Shown here: piece by piece, positions 53,120 to 64,000 of the stretch
Position numbering within the stretch: position 1 is the stretch's first letter
Layout: each line of letters begins with the position of its first letter
Assembly: GCA_002633005.1 (NCBI GenBank)
Contig: NMRA01000420.1
Span: 140,967 to 204,966 of the forward strand
DNA: 64,000 nt
Reading direction: 5' to 3'
DNA from: Phoronis australis
Lineage: Eukaryota > Animalia > Phoronida
The notes under the pieces: model-generated
Database searches by the model: none
Seen by the model: the letters and a program-made list of their open reading frames with translations, nothing else
What the model was told of the DNA's origin: nothing
Program-made: the position numbers and the translations under genes

Positions 53120-54482
53120 GTAACAGATCCAAAAATGTTAGACTAACTCGTAAAGTGACACTGGTAACAATCAGAAGCGTAGCTTTTGAAAATGTGTAAG
53201 TGGGAGATCACGATATAATTGAATTCATAGCACAAGAGATGGGAACGTCGAAGAAAAATTAACCTTTGATTCCAGCTTTGTCCACTTCCTTCTCGGGTGT
53301 TCAATCCGCTTAGTCACCGAAGCTCGTTGACAGTCCTCGAGATAACGGTGGACAAACTTATTTAGCCCTGTCCTGTCCTACGATCGTCGGGTATACTTAT
53401 TACAAATCAATAATTGTTTAATAATTAATCAAGTACTAATTTGAAATCCAATTGACACAGTATCCAAATATTAAACAAATATCTACTGGCAAGTAATTGA
53501 AAGCAAACGAGTACACGCAATAACATTGCATTTGAACTAATGCTAAATATACAAGAACTGCATATATGCTGTTGTTCGCAAATATCCGCATATTGATTGA
53601 AAACCGCCCCCTAATTACTTAAACCGAACTCCCTCCATTTGAGGCATGGACTGTTCATTTACATCAGAAAAGAACCTCGATAGGTTCATGAAAAGAATCT
53701 TACGTCGACAACTCGACCGGTTTGCACACCTCAGAATCTGCCGGTTTAGGTCAAACACACCATGCTGTTGTGGTTAATTAAATCGCCTCATGCTGCTTAA
53801 GTGAACCATTGGGGGCGACGATAGCATTTTTAAATTTTCGCTATGAAAGTTGGTAAATATTATATTTGGATAGTTCATGAAAAGCACATGTGATTAGGCT
53901 CTGAAATTTTAAAAATTCGACAACAAATGCGACTTTTTCAGCCCAAAACTTCTGTTTTATGTTGCAATAAACTGTTTCACATTAATTTTGCTGGGTGTGC
54001 AACATAATTGGGCCAATTACCAAACTACCAGGCAGCAGTTGGATTTTGAGATAAGCCAAGTGTCATCGTACAATTCTTTAAGTGTCATCTACCCTAACTA
54101 AATGAGCTCAATCAAACCGATGCGACTAAATCCAATTAATGCGTTTTTTTCAGAAAAATATTTTTTTCAAGTGCTTTGCTCATGTGCATGAGCGTCACTT
54201 GGTGGCGCTGGAGACTATTCTTGAGTAAATATATGTCGCGGCAAGTATGGCGTCTGTTCTTTAGGGACGGAGCCGCTTCTGGGAATTCCTAAAAATATCA
54301 GAGTGGGTAATCTGTTACCTACCTATGAATATAGTAATGTTAAATTGAAGGCTATCTAATGTTTTACAGTAAATAAGTCAAGCTTCACTATCACGTTATT
54401 CTTAATTTTTGCTCCTTGGTTTCACTCAAATATTCCCCATATCACAGGCACCGCTTATACGTTGCATGGAGCCTGAGCCTAA

Positions 54483-54925
54483 GGCCCTGTCCATACGAAC
54501 CGTTCTTAGTTTGGAACCATAACTTTTTCTCACGAATTTCGGCTCCCGTCCACACGGATTCAACTAATTCGAAAAAACAAAAATACAAAGTTTTGAAACA
54601 ATTTTTTGCTCACCCACACAGCTAACGTCCATACGTATTCAACACATTAGACAACCAAAAATATTTAACTTTTGACAATGCAGTCCAAAGGGTGGTTTTT
54701 AATTTTGTACGGATACCGCTTCCGTCCAAAACCCAAAACGCAACTTTTTGAAAATTCTGACGTCACGGTAGTATTACGGTATTCGTGTAAATGAAAAAAA
54801 AATTGAAATCGCAAAGAAATGTTGCGTTTCCGGTAACAATGGTGTAATCCTGTAAATGCAGAAAATTTCGAAAACGTTAATCAAGAGTCGCGTTTTCATG
54901 TGAAAAGGGTTGTGTGGACAGGGCC
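54483..54925. mobile_element. PIF/Harbinger-type MITE in the neuropeptide intron
   Basis: TIR ggccctgtcca / tggacagggcc flanked on both sides by TAA (3-bp TSD). Confidence 0.85.
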
Positions 54926-56854
54926 TAAACATCCGGTAGTGATACGTATGAGACCAAATGCTAATAGGCAACCTCAGCGCGTGTCACACAACTCCACACA
55001 CAAGTAATGGTTATGTGGCGTAAGCAGACGTGTTCGCTTCTCACAAACAGCCACATTTGCCCGCCATGGTTTTTTCGCGCGAATTCCGCATATTGTTTAA
55101 CGTGGTAAATATTATGACTACGACTACTGTTGCTAAATTGAACCTTGTTTGCTAATTAGTTAAGATAAGTCTAAGCCTACAAATGTCTGACTTATAGATT
55201 TTTACGGGGTTTGTATCGAGTAAGTTGTTTAAGACGCAAACAATAGCCCACCCGATTCACGTTGTTGCCAGGTTGACAGACTAGTTTAAACAAGGAAGAT
55301 CCTAGTAAGCTATTTTCATCATTCTGCATTTGATCATTTTGCGTCAAATTCCAATGATATTCCCTCAAGTAACTTAATTTCAACCGGTACGAGAATAATT
55401 TCCCATTGAGCATAGGGCGCATAAGAGCAAGCCTGTTCAAAATCTTAATATACACAACAGGTGAATATAATATACATGCACGATAAGTACACTCTTTCAC
55501 AGTGCTACGAAAGGTAGGTGTAGGTGGCGCTGTGTCAGAGAGTAGCACGATAAGTTGATACCCGAATACATACACGCATGCGCACGTGTGGTAAGGACCA
55601 TCGGCACCCACCCCAAAAGCATCATATAATCTTTTGCTGCGGTCCTCATATTTTGTAAATAAATCTTTTTTATTTTTTTTATAAATCATACGTCGGTACG
55701 CTGACGACAGATACGAAATTTTCCTAAAAAATCGACAAAACTTACCACGTCTTTTACTTCTATTCTGCGAACACGTTTCAAAACGTTCAAAATCCAGTAT
55801 TTTTAAATCGAATTTTTGTGTGAAAGTGAGTATCTGTAAACCATCTCAAGCGAATATCCTTGTTAGTAAATTGTAAAGAATGTATAATAGGTACACACGC
55901 ACAGGTCCCCGGCTTAAACACTAGATGGCGTGGCAGTTACCTGTTTACGCGGGGAAAACCCTACTCGATTCTGTAACATTTCTTGTTACAGATGCGTGGC
56001 GAGCATATATTCTGGGCAATAAGGATAGTACATGCCAGCATTATCGACAGGCATGGCAATCCGAGCTTAACATCTCTGGTTCATGTAGAGACTTTGGACA
56101 AGTCTGAATTACTTAGCCCTACCTCCACCAATCAGAAGATCATAGCGGCTACTATTGTGCCTAAATCCGCCTGACGTCACAATTTTCGATCCAGACTATT
56201 TACCATTATGAAACTGGTCTCAAACAGTTCCACAAAATACAAAAGGACTAATAAGTCATACATGTTCCTACAATACGTGACACATTGCAAGCATGAGAAA
56301 TATACCATTTTCACCACTGCCTACTGTCTAGTAATACACTATCATACCAAATTGATGAAAAACTTGAATTATCAGACTGTGCAAACGCATAATTTGTGCT
56401 ACACATGTAAAATCTTCAGACGAAAATACACATAGGTTATAAAACGCATCCACAGAAAAATAAATACCGATAAGCGTCCAAAGATCGTGCTGTAACAATG
56501 GATTTTCCAAAATTAGTCATAACCATTTACTAACCTAAACCAAGATAATTTGAGTGATTTCAAAATGCTTGTGTCCGCTTTCACTGTCTTTTTTCATCTC
56601 CCTTCGTCGCCAACTGTTATTGTCTCTAATTATTACATCCCGCGAATCAGTTCTCCAATTATTATCCTAATTCTGTTAATTATTTTAAAGACTTCGATTG
56701 ACGTCAGCAAAATCACGTTTAACGGTGAGCTTCAAATTGGGTTTCACCGATCACAAAAAACTTTCACCGGGCATTTCTAAATTCTCCTCATTTACTTTCT
56801 TTTATATGACGTCACTGTAGTTTTAGGTTTTTAAACGGCATTGTTTATTCATCT

Positions 56855-57008
56855 GGGCCCAGTTGCATAAAAGTTATACGCCGTATAGCAACAATGACGT
56901 CGCATTATCACGCGTCACGTTGTTCTTGTTGAACAATGCACCTGACGTCATGCAACAATTAAACTTATCCAGCGGATAACTTTTGAAGCTTTATGCCACT
57001 CAGCCCTG
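56855..57008. mobile_element. Short palindromic MITE-like element
   Basis: gggccccagttgcataaaagttat...ataacttt...tttatgccactcagccc imperfect inverted termini. Confidence 0.55.
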
Positions 57009-57240
57009 CTCACTTGGTTAAGGACATTGCTTTTCTCATTTCTGATCATCTTGTACTCAGGTGTTTTCATGCTGCCGACCGTACGGGGGCCAGGGGATGG
57101 CCGGCCTACTCAAGACAGTGTTGCATTGATACGAACGTCAAAGTTCACTTTCATCGCAAAAAACGTATGCAGGGTAATGTACAGCAATTAAGAGTAGACT
57201 CTGGTTTGCATACTCATGTATGTTTTGCAATCTTTTTCAG

Positions 57241-57620
57241 AACCAGCGATTGAAAAATTAAAGGGACTTTTGAAGAATGCCGAAGAGAAGCCAACTGAAG
57301 ACGGTGAGAGTTACTATACGTCAGACGTCATCCCTCCAGTCTATGTTACGGGAAACGTTGAAGAGTCTGACGTACCAGACAAACGTGGTACATTGTTCAG
57401 ATATGGGAAGCGCGGATCTATTTTCCGATTCGGAAAACGCGGCTATGTATTCCGATACGGGCGGGGACGTGACGAAGGTTTCAACGACGGCTTAGACGAA
57501 GGATACGGAACGAGGCTCGACGACAAGCGCGCTATCTTTCGGTACGGTAAAAGAGGCGCGCGACTGCACGCCCCCTTTCGTTTTGGTAAATCCCTAGAGC
57601 AAGAGAGCAGAAAACGGTAA
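57241..57620 (+). CDS. LFRFamide/RYamide (sNPF-type) neuropeptide precursor, peptide-coding exon
   Basis: Acceptor tctttttcag|57241. KR-GTLFRYG-KR-GSIFRFG-KR-GYVFRYG-R...KR-AIFRYG-KR-GARLHAPFRFG-K gives basic cleavage sites plus Gly amide donors. The C-terminal HxPFRFamide is typical of molluscan LFRFamide and annelid RYamide precursors. Spliced product is 155 aa. Confidence 0.95.
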
Positions 57621-57822
57621 AAATGGAGAAAACATTTAAGTGATTTGTGAAATTTTCCTTAAAGGCTTGACAACGAACAACAACGACTGTCTGCTACCGG
57701 AAGCTGTATGGTGCGGAAACCAAACAATTTTCTTATGTGATTCAGTGAAACAAATTATATTTTGTGCAGTGTTGTGTACAATATAGCAATTAATCAACCA
57801 ACGAGTCCATTTCTAACGTGTA

Positions 57823-58234
57823 CAGGGTGTCCTACAAAAATTAGAAGGTCAACCAGGATATGCACAGTTTTCCAGTTCTACAGTGATCTGGACGATTTTT
57901 AACATATTGGATGCGCCAGGGTTATAACTGTTACTATGTTTTCTGTTGTGGAATTTGTATTAAATTTGATCATAGGGTGCAATAACTGAATGAGAATTTG
58001 TCATTCTGTGTAGTGAGCTTGCAATAGCTACAGGAGAGTCAGTTGTGCACTGTCTGAAAACTCCATTCATCGTTTCTCTACAATAAGATTCCCATCTGAT
58101 TCTTTTCCTGACTTTCGAGCCTGGCAAAAGAATATTTGAAAATCTTGGAATGCGAAAAGCGCCATTATTTCTCAACAAAAGCATTTTCTTATATTCATAT
58201 TTCAGAATGTATGTGTTACTTTTGGGGACACCCT
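57823..58234. mobile_element. Tc1/mariner-like MITE in the presumed 3'UTR of the neuropeptide gene
   Basis: ta|cagggtgtcc...aaaa at left and ttttggggacaccct at right are inverted termini of the TACAGGGTGT type. Confidence 0.6.
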
Positions 58235-58306
58235 AAAGCGACTTCAGGTGTTAGTATTTGAGCGCCAGTTTGTTCCAGGTTATGTACTCGTGGTGGAATG
58301 CTTAAA

Positions 58307-58312
58307 AATAAA
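58307..58312 (+). terminator. Candidate polyadenylation signal of the neuropeptide gene
   Basis: First AATAAA noticed downstream of the stop codon; a second lies at ~58342. Confidence 0.4.
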
Positions 58313-61300
58313 CGTCTCGGAGAAAATAGTTTATTCAATCAAATAAATTATTCATTCAACAATTGTGTTTGACACACAATACCTCGAAGAAACTGGGCAC
58401 AGTGTGCACATAGAAAACAGCGCCGAGACATAGGTGGGCGTTCGAATCAAAAATCGTAAGACGGATAAGAGTTGTCATTATTTGTCAATTAACCAGTGTA
58501 CTTCATTCTATACACACAAGTCAGTTTGCTGTAATAACCTCTAGGGAGAATCTTAATTCCCTTATGTGACAAGAACGACCGAACCAACTCATTATAATGT
58601 GGGAAGCGCAAGGCTATGATTGGCGGTCACGTCCATTCGAAATTCCCGCTTTGGCATAAATGCTATGAAAGCTATCAAGAGAATATGGCTGAAAAAACTC
58701 AAACGATCACGTGAGCATGTAAGGTCACAGAAGATTTCAAGTCCAAACACACACTGTAGATGACTGGCTAAAAGTCGCAAACAAGAAGTTCATTTTGAGT
58801 TATGCATTTGCAAAATATAAATGTAGTTTCGTTATTTTGGCTAATTTTATTGAACAAAAATGTGAAAATTTTGGGTACTTCAAATGCTTACAACACAACT
58901 GTAGATCGAATAACGAAATTGAAATTTACAGCTGTACCCAGGTGTTTCATACCAATGTATTAAATTTTTATTACAGTTTCTTAAAGTTTTTCTTTGTTTA
59001 TATCTATATTATACATCCAGCCTTTTGATTAAATCAGTTTAATATCCCCGAGTTCGCAGATTATTTTCTCAGACTTATTAATTTTTTTTAAAAAAAGTAA
59101 GCATTGTCTTCATTTAATCCATCAAACATTTCCATTGACAATTGTCGTCTTTGGAATCATATGGTCAAAACTTGCAAGATTCTGGAGCGGCAACCATTGA
59201 AAGTATTTGACACTGTTGAAAACCAAGTAAAACTAATTTTTCTGCCTAAATCGCATTTGAAGGGAGCATTTTCCTTTTTATTATCTTGAGAAGTTTTGCC
59301 TTTTCTCATAAGGCTTTGATTTTGACTTGTTTGAGATTTGAATTACACCGGTTACCTAGAGAGGAGGCTGATAACTTAAGGTCTGACATATGAATTTTAA
59401 AATGCAATACATGTCGTAATACGATGAAAAATTACATTTTCGAACAGAACGGCAATAAAACGTGTTTGCAGCAGTGTGCACTGTAACTAGGAACGCGACT
59501 ATTACGACTACATAGCTTTTGAGAAGGGAATTTTGTAGCTCTGCCTCCATTTTGATTCCGATAACCAGCTAACATTCCTGCACAGTTAGGCTGTAGCTGC
59601 GGGCAATATGCACTGGTAAATTTGCACTCCCTAGAAGCTGAACTCCTTTTTATTGATCATACAAACTTGTGTACAGAATATCATATTTACATGCTTGCAC
59701 GGCAGTTAGCGCTAGTAAGATATCCCAGAATAACAAACCATCAATGAGAAAGAATCACGAGAACATCAAAAGGTCTACTCTAGGGTCACCGACTCAGATC
59801 TTGAGTTCATACATTCTGGTGCAATATGTTCAAATTATTTTAGGTTCATTATTTTTCAAGTTAGAGCATCATGAACACTTTGGACAAATTGGTCCATTTT
59901 TGGCTCAGTAAGTACAGGCAAATTAGTTTTAAAACGGTTTAAAAGAATGTGAAAGAAAATCTTCAAACTTTCAAGGTAGTTGAGGGTAAAACCTTCCAAG
60001 AGAAAACTGAAGCGATCTCAGTACAGCAAAGTTAACATGTAAGCCAGATGGGTCCTAACAACCTTTTAACACGATAAGTAACTTAGAATGTACTTAAGTT
60101 ATGCAGTACAAACTGTACCACAAACACGTTAAGTGCGAACGCGGATTGCTGTTACCGTGGCGACTGAATATTATAAAAACAGTTCTCCTTGAACTAGAAT
60201 TTGACAAGTATGATAATCAAAAATTATGAAGATGTAAGGATGAAACATTCGAGTAAGCTTCACACCTGATAATCCAAGTGTAGCTTATTTATATAAATCA
60301 ATGAAGAGTCTTCACTTTCAGTTGCTTCATTTGTTGTAACCTGACTTAGAAAGTAACACGCTACAAGACATGGATGAAAAACACAATTTTCAAACAAAAG
60401 TTCGAAAAATATGTGTCTACTGTAACACATAATCATAACTTCAAGAAAAGGTGACATTCAAACAAAAAACGATTTCAAAACAATTTGAACTAATGTTTTA
60501 GCATAATGCAAGGTCAATTGAATGGGCACTTCCAATTGAAATAAATACAATAATCCTTTTAGTTTTAACACAGACACCGGAATATTGTACAAAGTTACTT
60601 TTTTGTAACAGCGTGTCTACAAATGTATGCTAGTTAAATCGTCACCGACGACAGTTCAGCAGGTCACGATATTGTCCAACGTGAATTGTGAGCAACTAAC
60701 ATCTGCCTGATGAAGTTCTGGAGAAAACTCTTTAATCGTAAAAAATGTTCGGTGACCCTAAATTTCAATGTAGAACGTTTATGAAAATAATCTATAGACT
60801 TTTGTACTCGTAACCTATGCCGTCCGAGATGGCAGACCTGATCAAAATAAGCTTCACACAAAAACGGCGATAACTTTTGAAAGCATCGTGTGGCTTTTGA
60901 TGACCTTTTCATTTTTGTATTGCGGACATAGATACCTGTCCTGTGATGTAGGCTTTTATCTTCAAAGTGCAAAAATAATGTTCGATTCAGCCGCTTCAAA
61001 AGTATCGAAACCTTTAATTCCGAAGAATCAATTATTGATAAAAACTAAAGCTCTTTAAATAGTGTAGATCAAAAAGATTCATTAAAATCACGTGAATTAT
61101 TCGTATCTGTGTTAAAATTGTCTCTATGGGCGTCCGTTCATCATTTTGGGTACTGGCAATAGGAAAATGTGTTATCAACTGTGCATGACTATAACCTCTA
61201 ACCCATGATCAGTTGTGAACGTTCAATGGGTGAAATAGTGTTGAGGATATGCCAGACACTATGATGATCTTCATTAGTTTTTTGTGTTTAAAATCATTTT

Positions 61301-62879
61301 AAATGTAATGAAGTTACAAAAGCATTCACTTAAAAATGTTGATTACGCAATATAGGGACTTTAAAAAAAAATGAAAAAGCCCATCCGAGAGAATTCCCAA
61401 ATTTTTCACACATCCAAGATCTATCCAAAAACGTGAACCCAATTTCAACACAACAGAAACTGCCTCCAGGTATATCTGCCCTGTCACGTGATGCATGCAG
61501 CGAAATAATCAGTATAGTCCGATCCCTTAGCAGCCAAAATCCCCAAAACATTTACACCCCTGATTAAAGCACCAAATTTGGCACATAGATACTTTGGAAC
61601 ACACTGAATCTCATGGGGTCAGTTGCCCAAAATTTGAGGTCAAGGTCAAGGTGAAACCAAGATCAAAGGTCATGTGGTTATTTTTTTGAATTGGCTTGAA
61701 ACGAAATATCTGCTTCATTATTGTTTCAGGTGATACACAGGAGGCCTTTTTGAATTCAAATTAATGTTGAAAAATTGTAAAAACAAGTTAAAAGAAAAAA
61801 ATAATTTTACTGACACTTAAGATGGTAATTATCATAATTAATAGAACATATATATTTTCAATGAAAATACGTCTATTTGTCTTCTCCGGCTGAAAAAATG
61901 TCAATCTGGCATGAATATGCATCATTTCAACTCTAGAATGTTTTATCTTTCAAAGAAAATTCATTTTTAAACGTCTTTGTGAATATATTTGTGGTTAATT
62001 ATGTAACAAATCGTCCGTAACAAAACGAAATCAAACATCTCCTTGCTGAATTTTCAAAGAAGAATTGTTGAAATTTTTATCATCATTTTTAATTTTATCA
62101 CAGCTAAAGGTAACTTTGGTGATTAATGTGCTTTTAAATTTTAGTTTGAAGTTGTTTGTCACATAAATTAAACCAATTAAAGTTAATTAGGTAATTTTGG
62201 GTTTCCCAGTTGGACGAAATATAAAAATCAGGTTTTACTTGTTGTATCACAATAATGTGAAGTCCTTGCTGCACTATACTTTAAAAACAGGTCCAGGCAT
62301 AATTAATTGTGTTGAGGAACACATCCTGTGAACAACTTTGTATTTTAAACTTTGCGTCCATCAATTGTTTGTGTTGACATACTGTCTAACATCTGAAGCT
62401 GACCCCTGCTCATCCAGACAACAGTACACATGCAGGTGACAGCAGCTCTGAGACTCACAGAATGTTAACCCCCAGTTCATCGTTCTTGTTATGATATTTT
62501 GAATGAGATTTACTAATTACACTTTTTAACTATGTAGATAAATAGATATCATACCTTGATTTAACTGATTTGAGATAATACTTTTGGTGGACTTAAGCAC
62601 ATCTGAAGACAGTAGGTATTTACATAAATACAATGTATGTTGTTTAATAAGGCTTAAGAGTCCAATTTTCCGACAGCCCCATTGCGATAAATAATACCTA
62701 AAAATTTACCCTTTAATTCCGCAGTACCTTATTCCAAAGCCTAAGTTGTTTTAGCAATGCCTTACTCCAGATTCACCGACTAGTAATTGCTCGACAACCA
62801 GTTGTTCTAAAACTTTACCCACCATTCTGAAAGAGTTGAGATAACGCACATTTTGCGCTATGACGTATTCATACCGCCA

Positions 62880-63830
62880 GCTTCAGGAGGCTTCAGTGGC
62901 TACAGCTGGTAGAGCTGATTCCTTTCTTCAAGCCTCGCACTTGACTCGAAAAAGATATGGAAATCATGTGACAGCTCTGTCTCTTATAAAGCTCTAGGAA
63001 GAAGCAATTATTACTGCGTGAAATGAAAGTGCTGTTTTGAACCAACACTGTCTTTCTCTGGCTGGAAAAGTGAAAGGTCATCGAGAAGTCCAAAATTTGA
63101 ATTCTGGAATGTTATCTTACCCATCCAGTTACTGATCTTGATGTTCGTCCGTGCTCATCGGGAATGGAGCTTGTCCTTGAATCTCTTGTGCCCTTTTTCT
63201 TTGCTCTTGACTTTCAAAATTATGCAAGATGGGTCCCGAGCTAGCCAGGTTGCTGACTGATATGGTTTTGAAGACAATAGTGAGGAGACAAGCCACCATG
63301 AAGACAGTCTATCCTTCCAGAACAACTTTGAGAACCATCTGAACAGTTTGTATAGGGTAATTTCAGCCAAGGGAAACCCTTTCCTTGACCAGGGTGATGA
63401 ACTTATGCCGATAGATACGCAGAGATGTATTGATAGCGCTACAAGTCTTCAGACTATCGAAGTGACTGGTAAGCAGCAATAGGACGACTATGAGCAGGCA
63501 GTCCTACTAGAAAAATCACAACCAATAAAGACTGCTATCTAAAAAAAAGTTTGTTGTTTCCAAAACAGCTAGTGGGAAGATAAAAGGGATGACTCAGCAA
63601 CACATGGATGATATCAAGAAAGACTAGTACATCTTATTTAGTCAGCTTTTTATAGCCAGTCAAGCTCGAGAAGATAACCTGGACGATTTCTTTATGCATG
63701 AGAATTATCTTTGGCCACCATCCTTGAGCCAGAACAACAGTCCCCGTTTACCTTCATAGAAGTCATAGTTGCTCAACGTGTTGTAATTTTCTAAACCAGA
63801 CGTTCCTAAATACGTAGATGCCAAAGTCTG
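62880..63830 (+). pseudogene. Decayed ORF of a multicopy invertebrate transposon-like protein family
   Basis: Broken frames give VATAGRADSFLQASHLTRKRYGNHVT, LVPFFFALDFQNYARWV, GNPFLDQGDELMPIDT and LFSQLFIASQAREDNLDDFFMHENYLWPPSLS. From memory these motifs occur in this order in long repetitive hypothetical proteins of marine invertebrates. Several stops and frameshifts. Confidence 0.7.
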
Positions 63831-64000
63831 ATGATCTTACCAAAGTTTCACCCCAAACGCGGCTGCCTCTAAACTTCCAGACTTTATTGCAAAACTCGAT
63901 GAATCAAGAGGAATCATGGGCGGCGCACCATAGGGGGCTGGGACCGGGGGTATAGCCCCTCCACTTTTTCAGTGCTACGGGGCTCATGGTCTATAGGCGG

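Noticed and set aside
55192-55689. 165-aa minus-strand ORF within the neuropeptide intron
   Set aside because: No domain or coding-like composition; probably a chance ORF.
57216-57240. ORF-track start (MYVLQSFS) for the neuropeptide
   Set aside because: This is the intron polypyrimidine tract and acceptor; the true N-terminus is the signal-peptide exon at 53032.
845-57620. Galpha + neuropeptide + repeat protein as one functional system
   Set aside because: Adjacency in an animal genome does not imply co-function; no shared regulation is evident and synteny data would be needed.

Overview
Eukaryotic, intron-rich, AT-rich genomic DNA from an invertebrate, most likely a spiralian/lophotrochozoan (judged from the neuropeptide). 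It is a draft assembly with N gaps, and most ORFs in the supplied track are spurious. Three spliced protein-coding genes can be built by hand with consistent GT-AG sites and phases. (1) The 5' half of a divergent Gs-class (Galpha-f-like) G-protein alpha subunit on the minus strand (exons 3053-3170, 2319-2391, 1259-1313, 845-958), running off the left edge. (2) An uncharacterised 350-aa protein made of eight 36-aa repeats (10817-11049, 12324-12535, 13525-14132), with a probable non-coding first exon and an RFX X-box-like motif; this is the best novelty candidate. (3) A 155-aa LFRFamide/RYamide (sNPF-type) neuropeptide precursor (53032-53119 + 57241-57620), with a candidate CRE+TATA promoter ~17 kb upstream and many TGACGTCA sites across the locus. 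Also present: an intron-containing tRNA-Leu(CAA), a Tx1/L1 endonuclease relic followed by a 58-bp minisatellite, a large foldback element across a contig join, many MITEs and dispersed repeats, tRNA-derived repeats and a decayed transposon-like ORF at the right end. No prokaryotic-type system (CRISPR, operon) is present.
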